NCBI GenBank assembly: GCA_048885865.1 | Contig: JBHLLF010000013.1 | Span: 1 to 64,000 of the forward strand | Origin: Candidatus Hermodarchaeota archaeon | GTDB taxonomy: Archaea; Asgardarchaeota; Thorarchaeia; Thorarchaeales; Thorarchaeaceae | Length of the DNA: 64,000 nt | Reading direction: 5' to 3' | In this document: piece by piece, positions 9,792-19,369 of the stretch | How positions within the stretch are numbered: the first letter of the stretch is position 1 | How the letters are laid out: each line of letters begins with the position of its first letter | Position numbers and translations under genes: made by a program | Notes under the pieces: generated by a model | Database searches by the model: none | The model's input: the letters and a program-made list of their open reading frames with translations, nothing else | What the model was told of the DNA's origin: nothing

Positions 9792-9874
9792 TTCTCACCA
9801 GTCGGCCGCAAGTCAAGCACGGAAATCCAGAAATCGGCGCTACCAAGAGCAGCGCGTACGTGCCTCTAAAATGG
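9792..9874 (+). repeat. Copy 4 (diverged, decaying) of uS19 3'-end direct repeat
   Basis: 9809-9874 reads QVKHGNPEIGATKSSAYVPLKW; many synonymous changes plus R>K, G>E and stop>W; TTCTCA at 9792 is one base out of frame. Confidence 0.8.
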
Positions 9875-9933
9875 GATAAGTACTTTCCCAGAATAATTGC
9901 GAGGTATCTGCTGAATCATCCAAAGCACTAGAG

Positions 9934-10872
9934 TCATGACTTGAATTTTCTATACACTGCTAACACAACAATGGCTGCAATAACAATCACACAGAGTGTG
10001 AAGAGATAGTTCAGTCCGTCCCCAAGGTTTGCTAATGGATTCATATTTGGGCCAACACTTCCGGTTGGCACTCCAAAAGGAAGCTCACTCACTACATGCA
10101 CAGTAACATTATCGCTTCCTGTGCTAAACCCACCTTCCACGGACAGTTCATAGAAGTGATCGCCCAATGGAAGCCCATCTACATTGATTGTCAACTCATC
10201 ATGCCAAAAGTGATGCTCAAGAAGGTAGCCATCCTTCAATAGCGTGTAGTAGAAGCCGCCTTCCGTGGTTGCCCAAGTCACTTGGTGGCCAGTAGACCCC
10301 ACCAAGTACCAGAGGTCAGGGGTGTCATACAAATAACTATAGAAGTCAACTGTCCAGGACCAGTAGCTCGGGGATAATCCAAATTCCATAATTGGTGATT
10401 GTGCAACGTTTCCGAGTGTGTCGTTTGCCACATAATACACCTGGCGGTAGTAGGTTTCGTGTGGCTGCAATTCTGTAGAGTTATAGAAGAACTCGAGCGT
10501 ATCTGTAAACAGGTCATCATTGCCTTCACTTCGAGTCATTGGAGTATAATCCCAATCACTACTCCCTTGATCGGCAAAGTGCATGATTACTGAATCAATA
10601 CCATCAGGATCTTTTGCCAACACTTTCACCAATAGTGTGTAATCCTCATTCGTTGGACCATAGTATTTGCGCGGGAAATACTCCATAGTAGGATTGCTGC
10701 CTTCACAAGGAATATCAGCCATGTGAATGAATCTGACATCCGTTGGCTCTCGTGCGATTTGATTGCTGTCCAATGAATAGTGTATTAGTGGAGTCAACGG
10801 AAACACACTCAGAATGACAAGGAGAAGAATGTATGATAAAAGACGAGAGCGAATGAAATTTCGATTCTCCAT
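9934..10872 (-). CDS. Membrane-anchored surface protein with Ig-like domains
   Basis: N- and C-terminal hydrophobic helices; INVDGLPLGDHFYELSV..DNVTVHV resembles the repeats in 5851..9651. Confidence 0.8.
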   Translation of the reverse strand: MENRNFIRSRLLSYILLLVILSVFPLTPLIHYSLDSNQIAREPTDVRFIHMADIPCEGSNPTMEYFPRKYYGPTNEDYTLLVKVLAKDPDGIDSVIMHFADQGSSDWDYTPMTRSEGNDDLFTDTLEFFYNSTELQPHETYYRQVYYVANDTLGNVAQSPIMEFGLSPSYWSWTVDFYSYLYDTPDLWYLVGSTGHQVTWATTEGGFYYTLLKDGYLLEHHFWHDELTINVDGLPLGDHFYELSVEGGFSTGSDNVTVHVVSELPFGVPTGSVGPNMNPLANLGDGLNYLFTLCVIVIAAIVVLAVYRKFKS

Positions 10873-10973
10873 AATCCACTCCCCAGATAATCAAGCGCTC
10901 CTGTATTGATTTCAAACCTAATCAAATCTCAGGTTTCCTATTTATTTGGACACTGAAACACACATTGATGGCT

Positions 10974-10991
10974 TTAGAACACGTGTTCTAA
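10974..10991. promoter_or_regulatory. Perfect 18-bp palindrome TTAGAACACGTGTTCTAA; candidate operator
   Basis: Exact inverted repeat between divergently transcribed genes. Confidence 0.5.
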
Positions 10992-11048
10992 GGAAGGACA
11001 AGATTAAGATGATTGATAATTAGTTCATTGCATTCTGGAGGTCTACTG

Positions 11049-11813
11049 GTGCCAGAGAGACCAAGCGAGAGGTACTATCGTACGACAGCAAGATTCTATG
11101 ACCTGTTTGCAGAGCGTCCAGATGAAACACTTTACCTGGAACTAGCAAAGCGCTTTGGGTCGCCCATCCTAGAGCTTGCCTGTGGAACAGGAAGAATCAC
11201 ACTCCTCCTTGCACAAGCAGGTTATGATATCACAGGAATTGAGCTTTCTCCCGAGATGCTAGAGATTGCACGAGAGAAACTGCAAAAGCTTCCTGAGGAG
11301 GTCCAATTAAGGGTCGCATTGAATCATGGAGATGTGACTAATTTCCAATTAGACAAGAAATTCGCACTGATCATCATACCTTGGTCTTTCAAGTTTCTAT
11401 TAACGACTGATGATCAACTTGCATGTCTTAGACGGGTTCGAAATCATCTAGCTGACGATGGCGTATTCATTCTAGATCTTTACCCACGGGAAGTAATTGA
11501 TATGGGTGAAAGAGATAGCGAAACAGTGGAGATTGATGATGCCACCATTACAAGGACGTTCATTTATTCTACAGACGTCTTAACCCAGCTCAGACACACG
11601 ACTTCACTCATAGACATCGTTCATTCAGATGGCAGAGTTGAGCACCTAGAATCTGAGTCTGTTGTATCAATAATCATGCCAAGAGAGGCTGATCTTCTTG
11701 TGAGAATGGCTGGGTTTGAGATTGCTGAAGAGTATGGAGGGGACGACTTCTCTGAATACTCGATTGAAGATTGGAAGAGAATATTAGTTCTCAAGAAAAA
11801 GCCCGATGGCTGA
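11049..11813 (+). CDS. Class I SAM-dependent methyltransferase
   Basis: ILELACGTGR motif I; GTG at 11049 preceded by GGAGGT (ORF track start 11013). Confidence 0.9.
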   Translation: MPERPSERYYRTTARFYDLFAERPDETLYLELAKRFGSPILELACGTGRITLLLAQAGYDITGIELSPEMLEIAREKLQKLPEEVQLRVALNHGDVTNFQLDKKFALIIIPWSFKFLLTTDDQLACLRRVRNHLADDGVFILDLYPREVIDMGERDSETVEIDDATITRTFIYSTDVLTQLRHTTSLIDIVHSDGRVEHLESESVVSIIMPREADLLVRMAGFEIAEEYGGDDFSEYSIEDWKRILVLKKKPDG

Positions 11814-11934
11814 GCTTTCGTTGAAATAGATACGATGATGGAGAACCCACCAATTTCGCATTATCATTTGATTTATCTACGATTTTAGCAGACTGTATCC
11901 ACTGAGGAGTGCTAGAGTTTCAGGTGGTCAATGG

Positions 11935-12489
11935 ATGAAGAGCTGGATCGGCCCTCGAACAGTGTACATAGACTGCTATGACGCATTTGGATTCTTGGAG
12001 GAGAACTATGAACGAATCATGATTGTCATGTCATCTATTGGGAAATCAATCCTCTTGAAACGGGAAATGGTGCCGGCTCATGGAGGGAGAACGGCGGAAA
12101 CTTTGCGTTGCACGTTCGAAACTGAGTTGGAACCAATACATGTGAAGACAATGATGCTAGGTTTGCAGTATCTTGACTCTAAGGCGGTCCCATATAATAT
12201 TCCTATAGAAGAGGAAAAAGACCTCTTCAGATTCGCAAACATCGAAGTGACTGAACTAATGGAAACGGGATTAGAAGAGAAAGGCCGATTCATTAGCAGG
12301 AGAAGGCAACCTGAAAAGAAGATAGAGCTCTCGGACTTGGAGTTCATTGGAGACGCCAAAGTCTTCATCAATGCTTGTAGAGACCGGCTCATTGAGAATT
12401 TAGACAACTCATTACGCGAAAAGCTATTCGGCATTGAACAGCTGATTCTGGACAAGTTACAGGCTTCTAGGGAACCAGAAGGACACTGA
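11935..12489 (+). CDS. Hypothetical protein
   Basis: 184-aa ORF with AGGTGG upstream; no recognised motif. Confidence 0.7.
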   Translation: MKSWIGPRTVYIDCYDAFGFLEENYERIMIVMSSIGKSILLKREMVPAHGGRTAETLRCTFETELEPIHVKTMMLGLQYLDSKAVPYNIPIEEEKDLFRFANIEVTELMETGLEEKGRFISRRRQPEKKIELSDLEFIGDAKVFINACRDRLIENLDNSLREKLFGIEQLILDKLQASREPEGH

Positions 12490-12644
12490 CAAATAGCGCT
12501 AATCGAGCCTAATGAACGGTTTTGAACTCTCATAAAGCTTCGAATGTGAAATAACTGGATATACGCCCTATACCTGATGCCAATTCACAATAGTGCATAA
12601 TCGTCACTATAAATACTCACGAGAAGGGCATCTTGGTGAACTAA

Positions 12645-13739
12645 ATGAGAAAGCGTCACCTGTTCGAAAAAGCATTGCTACTCATGGTATTTGCCCTGCT
12701 CGTTTCGTCAATCCCTCCTGTGATTGCGCAGGATAACGGCGATGATGATAACTCGACTGTGGATGATACCACTACTGACGATGGAACATCGAGTGATGAC
12801 AATCACAATGATAATGATGATGATGGCGTAAGTGACGACAGCGAGGATCGAAACAGACGCCAGCTTGATATCTCTGCTTCTGCGAATCAAGTTGAGATCG
12901 AGTCACAGCTTGAATCTGGCGGCACGGAAGACTCCTTCAAGATTGAAGTAAGCACCAGCCCTGACGGTGTGGAGTTCAAGGTAGGGTTTGAAACAGAGAA
13001 CTCGACTGCAGAAACTGAGCGCGAGTTCGAAGTGCAGTTTGAAAAGATTGTAGAGTATATTGACGACAACAGCAATGGACTCTATGATAAGGAAACTGAC
13101 ACCGAGGTGCAGACTCTGCGACTAGAGAGCTTCAATCCAATAGGCTACAGTGTCGAGAATCACACAGACGGCCAGATTCACATCTTGGAAGTCACAACGA
13201 CAGACGGTGTCTTCAGTGCTGTGATCTATGCAGCTGGTGAGTTTGCAGACATCAACGGGACTGTCATTGCGCCAACTCAAGTGAAGATTGATGTCATCAT
13301 TCAAGGCTTTAATTACCTGGAGAACAGCTCTCAGCTTGCACTTGAGGTCAAGCTTGGGGCATCCATGGAAACATCCTATGAGAACACCACAGAGGATGAA
13401 GAGGATGGAAGAGCTACTGAAGAGGCTGCTGTTGATGTGATTATGGATGAGGTCTCAGGGTTCTTCTCATGGAAGGAAACCGCAGAGATTGATGGAATCA
13501 CATATCCAGTCAATGCTAGCATTGTCGAGGTCAGTCCAACTCAGCAGGAGATCTATCTCAACTATGTCCGAGGCGATGTTATCATCCATGATCCTAAAGT
13601 CGGGTTCGAGAACCTCCTAGTACGAACCAGTGGAATATTAGGAATAGGTGAGTTGTTGGCAGGCAATTTTGTCCCTGTTGCCGCAATTGCTGCAATTGCA
13701 ATCATAGGGATGATTGTATTAGTGAAGCGCAGATCATAA
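12645..13739 (+). CDS. Acidic secreted, membrane-anchored protein
   Basis: Signal peptide, D/N/T-rich tract, C-terminal TM helix followed by KRRS. Confidence 0.8.
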   Translation: MRKRHLFEKALLLMVFALLVSSIPPVIAQDNGDDDNSTVDDTTTDDGTSSDDNHNDNDDDGVSDDSEDRNRRQLDISASANQVEIESQLESGGTEDSFKIEVSTSPDGVEFKVGFETENSTAETEREFEVQFEKIVEYIDDNSNGLYDKETDTEVQTLRLESFNPIGYSVENHTDGQIHILEVTTTDGVFSAVIYAAGEFADINGTVIAPTQVKIDVIIQGFNYLENSSQLALEVKLGASMETSYENTTEDEEDGRATEEAAVDVIMDEVSGFFSWKETAEIDGITYPVNASIVEVSPTQQEIYLNYVRGDVIIHDPKVGFENLLVRTSGILGIGELLAGNFVPVAAIAAIAIIGMIVLVKRRS

Positions 13740-13880
13740 TGCGCTCACCTCCACTATTTCTCTGGAGTTGAGGGAACAACCTCTCCTCCAGAGAGTTTCT
13801 GTTTTTGTACTCGCACTAAAATGAAACACATAGTGCATCAGACTTAAGAAGAGGAAGCCATCGACAACCCGAGGCAGGAA

Positions 13881-15014
13881 ATGAAACTTCGACGGACGGA
13901 GAAAGAGAAGCACAAGCAGTTCGACTTCCCGGCTCCCATGTACTTCATCGCCAAGATGGCTCACCAGTTTCCTTCACTCGCCAATTTGATGAACAAGACT
14001 GAATCAATTGTCCTGCGGAGACAGGTAGCGAATTATGAAATAGACCGTCCAATTTACGTGACTGGGATGGCTCGGGCAGGAACAACTATAACACTCGAGA
14101 TGCTGAGTCAGCACCCCAGTGTCGCAACGCATCGATATCTGCATATGGTCCTACCCTATACCCCACATTTCATTCAACTGGCAGCCAATGTATTGCCATT
14201 GATGAAGTCACCAGTTGAACGGTTGCATAAAGACAGATTGCTTGTCACCCGTGATAGCCCTGAAGCTGTTGAGGAGATTCTCTGGCAGAGATTCTTCAGT
14301 AGCATAGTGGATGAATCTCAGTCAAACATCCTTGATGCAACAGCAAAGCACCCTGAATTCGAGCGATTTTACAAAGAACATCTCCGAAAACTGCTCTTCA
14401 ACCAGAACGCGACTCGTTACGCCGCAAAGAACAACTACAATGTTTCCCGAATGGAATATTTGCAGAAGCTATTTCCTGATGTTCGATTCATTATTGTTGT
14501 GCGCAATCCATTTGATCACATAGCCTCACTTGCAAAGCAAGATATGATCTTAAGGAACCTCGAAAGCGCCGATCCTCGGCTCCTTGACTGGACCAAGATT
14601 ATTGGCCACCGCGAATTTGGATCTGCACGTATATGCATCAACTTGGGCAGTACAGAAACTGTTGAGAGAATATGGAAGCTATGGAATAGCCCAGAAACAT
14701 ATGCTAGGGGATGGGCAGTATATTGGAACGCAGTTTACTCATACGTTCATGATAAGCTAGAATCCAATCCCAAGCTAGCAGATGCTGCACTGGTGTTTCG
14801 CTATGAAGACCTCTGTGAGTTTCCTGAAAAGATAATCAATGAGATTGTAAACCACGTAGAGATCGACTCTGCGAGCTTTCGTCATATTAAGGAGCACTAC
14901 AAATCTCGTCTAACTATGCCCACCTATTACAGGACTGAGTACACAGAGCAAGAACAGAACGACATTCTTCAAGAAACGGAGGAAACAGCCAGCAGATTTG
15001 GCTATTCCCTCTGA
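13881..15014 (+). CDS. PAPS-dependent sulfotransferase family protein
   Basis: PIYVTGMARAGTT (5'-PSB loop) and IVVRNPFDHIAS (3'-PB) motifs. Confidence 0.88.
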   Translation: MKLRRTEKEKHKQFDFPAPMYFIAKMAHQFPSLANLMNKTESIVLRRQVANYEIDRPIYVTGMARAGTTITLEMLSQHPSVATHRYLHMVLPYTPHFIQLAANVLPLMKSPVERLHKDRLLVTRDSPEAVEEILWQRFFSSIVDESQSNILDATAKHPEFERFYKEHLRKLLFNQNATRYAAKNNYNVSRMEYLQKLFPDVRFIIVVRNPFDHIASLAKQDMILRNLESADPRLLDWTKIIGHREFGSARICINLGSTETVERIWKLWNSPETYARGWAVYWNAVYSYVHDKLESNPKLADAALVFRYEDLCEFPEKIINEIVNHVEIDSASFRHIKEHYKSRLTMPTYYRTEYTEQEQNDILQETEETASRFGYSL

Positions 15015-15088
15015 TATCCACCGGTAGCTCTATGTGTATTTCAGCTTCACAGTAAATTACTATCTCTTCAACAAGGACGCCAATAAAC

Positions 15089-17182
15089 ATGAGAAGAAGG
15101 GTAAAGGGGCTCTTAGCTTTAGCCATCGTGCTTTTGATAACAATCCCTGTGGTATATATTGTCTTCAACGTGATTCTAGCACCGCCTGAGGCTGAGCCTT
15201 TCAGTCTTGATGATGCACCGCAGTACATCAGGGATTCACAAGAAGAACTCAAGGCGAAATTAGAGGACGAAACTCTCTCTTGGGATGACATGCCCCAGTT
15301 TGTTGAATTCTCACAATACTTAGCAGACAACAGTCCCGAGATTCAAGAGTTAACCGAAGGGTGGGATGTGACCGTCCTATTTGAAATAGGAGACACGGAT
15401 TATATGTGGTTCCTTGTTGAAGACGGCTCAATAGACATTCACATTGGGACTGAACCGCCTCAGAATTATGGAATTCGTGTGACTCTATCATTTGAAACCT
15501 TTGCCGATATAATGAAACAGGATGAAACCCCGTTGTCGGCCTTCCAGAAGGGGACACTGCAGTTTGAGGGCCCGTTCGGTCAGGTCCTGACCATAGCTCA
15601 GATAACGGGAATTGTCAGTGCAACCATAATGGAAACTCATGGCGGCAGTGTAGGTGGGCCCGAGTTCTCCATCACAGTGAACCAAAGAGACAAATACTTG
15701 GATGGCGGCCTTACTATATTCTCTCTCTTTGAAGTGACAATCGTTCCTGAGTTTATTGGGCAACACCATATGTCGCAAATAGGACCTGGCTCTGTTTATG
15801 TTGTGGATGAATACGGTACGGTGGTAGCACAGCTCGAGAATTCAGCACACACCGTCACTGAATTCCTCAATTCAACTACAGTCTTGATGGGCGGACAAGA
15901 GGGTTCTATGCAGCTATGGAATTATGTGACAGATACACTCGAAACTCTGGCAGTACCAGCAGGGCATCACGAGATAGACTACAATCCGGTTACTGACACA
16001 TTCATGGTTTTGGAATATGCCCTCTCTGACGAGTTGTGGGATGGCAAGAATGTGACATATGATGTCATCTCCGAATATGATAGGGAAGGGCAACTTGTAT
16101 GGCAATGGGATGGTCGTGTGTATTTCCCATTCAACTCAACGCGTCATACTAGTCTAGGACTCAACGAAACCTTCAGAGGCGGTGCTGACTGGATGCATTC
16201 CAACAGTTTCGCGTGGGACAAGAGTGGTGGTTTCATCTATCTCAACGTTCGGAATGTTGACACCATCCTCAAGATCGATTATAATACTAAAGCCGTTCTA
16301 TGGGATGCGGGTCGCATTGGTGAATTTACACTTCTTAATAGGGATGGAATGGAGGTAGAGTCGCTCTTTCATCATCCTCACAGTCTGGAACAGATAAGTG
16401 GCAATCGGTTCATCATCTATGACAATGACTTGTATAACTCCTCAAATCCCTCCACTATGACTCTTGAGAACTCGACAGGGCACTCAAGACTATTGGAGTT
16501 AGAGATTGACGAGGCGTCTCAAACCATGAGGGAAGTGTGGTCTTGGACTCCTTCCAATGATTCATACTATTTCCCTGAGTCAGGAGGGGATGCAAATCGA
16601 CTTCCAAACGGAAACACCCTTGGAACTTTTGGAAATAAAGGTCTGATTCTCAATGTTCGGGATCCAGTTATTCTCACAGAGGTCACAGCTGAAGGGGAAA
16701 TTGTGTGGGAACTACAGATTCCATGCATTAACAATACATGCTACTGGGTACAACGAGTAGACCGATTCTACGAAGCTCCCATAATAGAGGTCAATGATTA
16801 TACACTTGATCTTGATAGTAACGATTTGTGGCTCAATGTGTCAGCTTGGAATATGTTCAAGATAGATGCCACTTCAGCTGCTACAGTGAAGGTGGTTGCA
16901 GACGGACAAGAAGTCTATCAGGATTCATTCGAGTTCCTACGACAATGGCAAGATGCAAGCCTCCAGTTCACTCTGAGCGGACTCTCTTCGAGTACGAAAT
17001 TCATTGAGATAATAGTTGAGAACAGTGATGGGTTTGAGGGCCATTTCACTCTTTACGATGAGAGAGTGCCGGCACCTCCGTTGAGCTTGGCTCTGCTCTT
17101 AGTCATAGGGTCAGCAGTCGTGGCAGTTCCGGTAGTCATCTGGTACGCGAGATATCGAAGGCCTCGAGCTCAAATAGAATAG
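15089..17182 (+). CDS. SCP2 lipid-binding domain fused to aryl-sulfate sulfotransferase (ASST)-like propeller; membrane anchored
   Basis: SCP2-like segment (..VTLSFETFADIMKQDETPLSAFQKGTLQFEG); ASST motifs GHHE, DWMHSNS, FHHPHS, RLPNGNTLGTFG; TM helices at both ends. Confidence 0.8.
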   Translation: MRRRVKGLLALAIVLLITIPVVYIVFNVILAPPEAEPFSLDDAPQYIRDSQEELKAKLEDETLSWDDMPQFVEFSQYLADNSPEIQELTEGWDVTVLFEIGDTDYMWFLVEDGSIDIHIGTEPPQNYGIRVTLSFETFADIMKQDETPLSAFQKGTLQFEGPFGQVLTIAQITGIVSATIMETHGGSVGGPEFSITVNQRDKYLDGGLTIFSLFEVTIVPEFIGQHHMSQIGPGSVYVVDEYGTVVAQLENSAHTVTEFLNSTTVLMGGQEGSMQLWNYVTDTLETLAVPAGHHEIDYNPVTDTFMVLEYALSDELWDGKNVTYDVISEYDREGQLVWQWDGRVYFPFNSTRHTSLGLNETFRGGADWMHSNSFAWDKSGGFIYLNVRNVDTILKIDYNTKAVLWDAGRIGEFTLLNRDGMEVESLFHHPHSLEQISGNRFIIYDNDLYNSSNPSTMTLENSTGHSRLLELEIDEASQTMREVWSWTPSNDSYYFPESGGDANRLPNGNTLGTFGNKGLILNVRDPVILTEVTAEGEIVWELQIPCINNTCYWVQRVDRFYEAPIIEVNDYTLDLDSNDLWLNVSAWNMFKIDATSAATVKVVADGQEVYQDSFEFLRQWQDASLQFTLSGLSSSTKFIEIIVENSDGFEGHFTLYDERVPAPPLSLALLLVIGSAVVAVPVVIWYARYRRPRAQIE

Positions 17183-17190
17183 GAAGAGTA

Positions 17191-17230
17191 CTGTTTGTGA
17201 GAGAGGTAGGCACCTTCTTCTGACAAACAG
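17191..17230 (+). terminator. Long hairpin immediately after the ASST gene
   Basis: CTGTTTGT..ACAAACAG outer stem with an imperfect AGAGAGGT/ACCTTCTTCT inner stem. Confidence 0.5.
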
Positions 17231-17672
17231 GACTATTACGACTACAATCGCGAGAGCAGACGCGGTGCCAATTAATTAGTGGAAATTGACCAAATGTAAC
17301 TGCATTATCGACCACGAAACTGTCGACGTTGAGTTTCGGACCCGGTATCAATATCCGAACCTGTTTCTTCGGTTTCTTGCCATTTTGTAGGGTCAGGGTG
17401 CACAAATTGGAAATCAACGGCTAACGCCAATTGATATTCTTTCCGAGCAATACCAATCTTGGTGTTAGAAAGTTGGCATTCGCTAAGATTCGTCGGAAAC
17501 CAAAACTTGAGCCCTCCTTTGATGATTATAATCGTCTGAAATCACAAGTGAGGCTTGAGTTGTACAGAACCTCTTTCCGGAGGTAGAACCCGTGCCGCTA
17601 TCTGCGCGTACGGATTCAACTTCTCTCCTTTTGGCCGTGCCTGAGGCGCGGCCCATCTCCTTTTTCCACTGA

Positions 17673-18287
17673 CTATTTCCAGCTGATTCTACTGACGAAT
17701 GACTTCAGCGCCATGGGTGGTTTTACTTTCTTGAGTTTAGCTGATGCGGTCATACTCACGTCTGAATCAAGACCTAGTTGGACAAGCCGGCGACAATAAT
17801 AGAGCGGAGATAAGTCGGCAGATGTGATTTCGTTCTTTGTTAGAGTGATGTTCCGCATCTTCTTGCATTTACGGAGAGGGGAGAAGTCAATCGTTTCAAT
17901 CTTATTCTCGTAGAGATGGAGCGCTTTCAGTTCTGGGCAATAGGTTAGGGGCGTGAGGTCAATCGAATGCAATCTGTTGAAGGAGAGATCTAGATGCATC
18001 AGACTTGCACATCCTTCAAGAAATGACAAATCAATTGTTTCGAATTGATTTCCGCCAAGGTAGAGCTCGAGCAACGTCGAATTGCCTTGTAGTTTAGAAA
18101 GATCAACAGATTGTATCTCGTTGCCAGAAAGAGTAAGCACCTCTAGGTTTTGAAACTGATCAAGTGACGAGAGGTCTGTTGTAGCAATCCGTCTATCACT
18201 GAGGTTAATCTCTGTTGTATCTGTATCAAACTGCTCTACAACTTTACCGCCCGTCTTTGTTTCACTCCAAATAGTAATCTCCGTCAT
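17673..18287 (-). CDS. Leucine-rich repeat protein
   Basis: 204 aa; same IDLxPL LRR type as the array proteins. Confidence 0.9.
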   Translation of the reverse strand: MTEITIWSETKTGGKVVEQFDTDTTEINLSDRRIATTDLSSLDQFQNLEVLTLSGNEIQSVDLSKLQGNSTLLELYLGGNQFETIDLSFLEGCASLMHLDLSFNRLHSIDLTPLTYCPELKALHLYENKIETIDFSPLRKCKKMRNITLTKNEITSADLSPLYYCRRLVQLGLDSDVSMTASAKLKKVKPPMALKSFVSRISWK

Positions 18288-18349
18288 CTATGACAAATCC
18301 TAGAGTTGCGTACGAGTTCTTCACTTAATAACTACGATTGCAGGCTCAA

Positions 18350-19168
18350 CTATGATTTTGGAGGGACCTCAGCCATCATTCGAAACAATCTGTGATGAAG
18401 CTTGTATCCTCGACTATGGCAAAGGTTTGCAAGATCCTCATTATCTGTAAATGTAAGTCGAATATAGTCATATTTCGGCAAACTGTGTTCTTCTAGACCA
18501 TGAATGAAATCATCAACTCCATCGAGGTTGTCAATCCTAAACGGCATGCATCCTGGGAATGAAGGAGTATAACGGCATGCCCCAACAATATCCGAATCCC
18601 TATTCTTCAACACAAAGACTAGGAAGTCCTCCGATTCAAGAAAACGTCCTATCTGTGCGGCAGGAAGATAGTCATGGTATTTTCGACCAACGAAGTCTAT
18701 CTCTTCATCGTGAATTGGCTCACATCTATACTCTCCAGTCGGGGTCAAGGTCTTGAAAGGAACAAAGTAATGCCAAGTAGTACCAATTATCTCAAAGCCG
18801 AATTTCCTGTAGAGGTGCTGAGCGTGTTTGTTGTGATCTTGTGTGTATAGTATAGCCTGAGTGAGATTCTCATTTCGAAACCAATCCATGGCATATTCCA
18901 TGAGTATAGTTCCAAACCCCTTGTTCTGCATAGACTTGGAAACTCCTATTCTCCCAAGATGCCCTGCGCCTTCTCCGAACTTGGAGACCACGAGCATTCC
19001 TATTAATCGAGTGTCTGATTCCAGAGCAAAGAAGGCACCACGTGAGATAGCTCTAGAAAAGGATTCATTGGACATCAAGTCATCCGGGAATAGTTCTGCA
19101 TCAATGACTTGAAACTCAGGCCAGTCATCCTCTCTGATCAACCTGATTTTGAATTGGCTCACTGACAT
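18350..19168 (-). CDS. GNAT N-acetyltransferase
   Basis: RIGVSKSMQNKGFGT acetyl-CoA motif and AQHLYRKFGF; start placed at MSVSQF. Confidence 0.85.
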   Translation of the reverse strand: MSVSQFKIRLIREDDWPEFQVIDAELFPDDLMSNESFSRAISRGAFFALESDTRLIGMLVVSKFGEGAGHLGRIGVSKSMQNKGFGTILMEYAMDWFRNENLTQAILYTQDHNKHAQHLYRKFGFEIIGTTWHYFVPFKTLTPTGEYRCEPIHDEEIDFVGRKYHDYLPAAQIGRFLESEDFLVFVLKNRDSDIVGACRYTPSFPGCMPFRIDNLDGVDDFIHGLEEHSLPKYDYIRLTFTDNEDLANLCHSRGYKLHHRLFRMMAEVPPKS

Positions 19169-19369
19169 GCTGATTACTCCAATCATCACATGATAATGAT
19201 GGCTAGCATTCCAACCATGAATATTACAAAGACGAAGAAGCAAAGACAGGTCCTTCTAGCAGATTGTGGATAGTCATTCTCTTCTTCATATTCGTTCATG
19301 CTACACGCCTGAACCTACTCGGTGGATAGTACTGCACTTCAGTCTATTGCCACTCGAAGTGCTGCAAGA

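Larger units (their letters stand above)
31..9874. mobile_element. Tandem cassette/island array delimited by rps19 3'-end repeats (no integrase in window)
   Basis: Four same-orientation repeats spaced 1840, 3884 and ~4040 bp apart, each interval holding 1-2 accessory genes. Confidence 0.7.

Noticed and set aside
31-9874. Repeats as a CRISPR array or classical integron attC sites
   Set aside because: Spacing is kilobases, the repeats are protein-coding-derived, they lack the attC R''/R' palindromic structure, and cargo orientation is mixed
10901-10935. Possible fifth, degenerate rps19-tail copy (TCAAACCTAATCAAATCTCAGGTT)
   Set aside because: Only a short gapped AT-rich match, with no HGNPGIGAT or VPLK similarity downstream
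12730-12850. GAT/GAC-rich tract as a DNA tandem repeat
   Set aside because: Explained by an Asp-rich low-complexity protein segment
17569-17665. tRNA, SECIS or fluoride riboswitch
   Set aside because: No cloverleaf or T-loop, no in-frame UGA in neighbouring genes, and the GGAGATG on the minus strand lacks the rest of the riboswitch consensus
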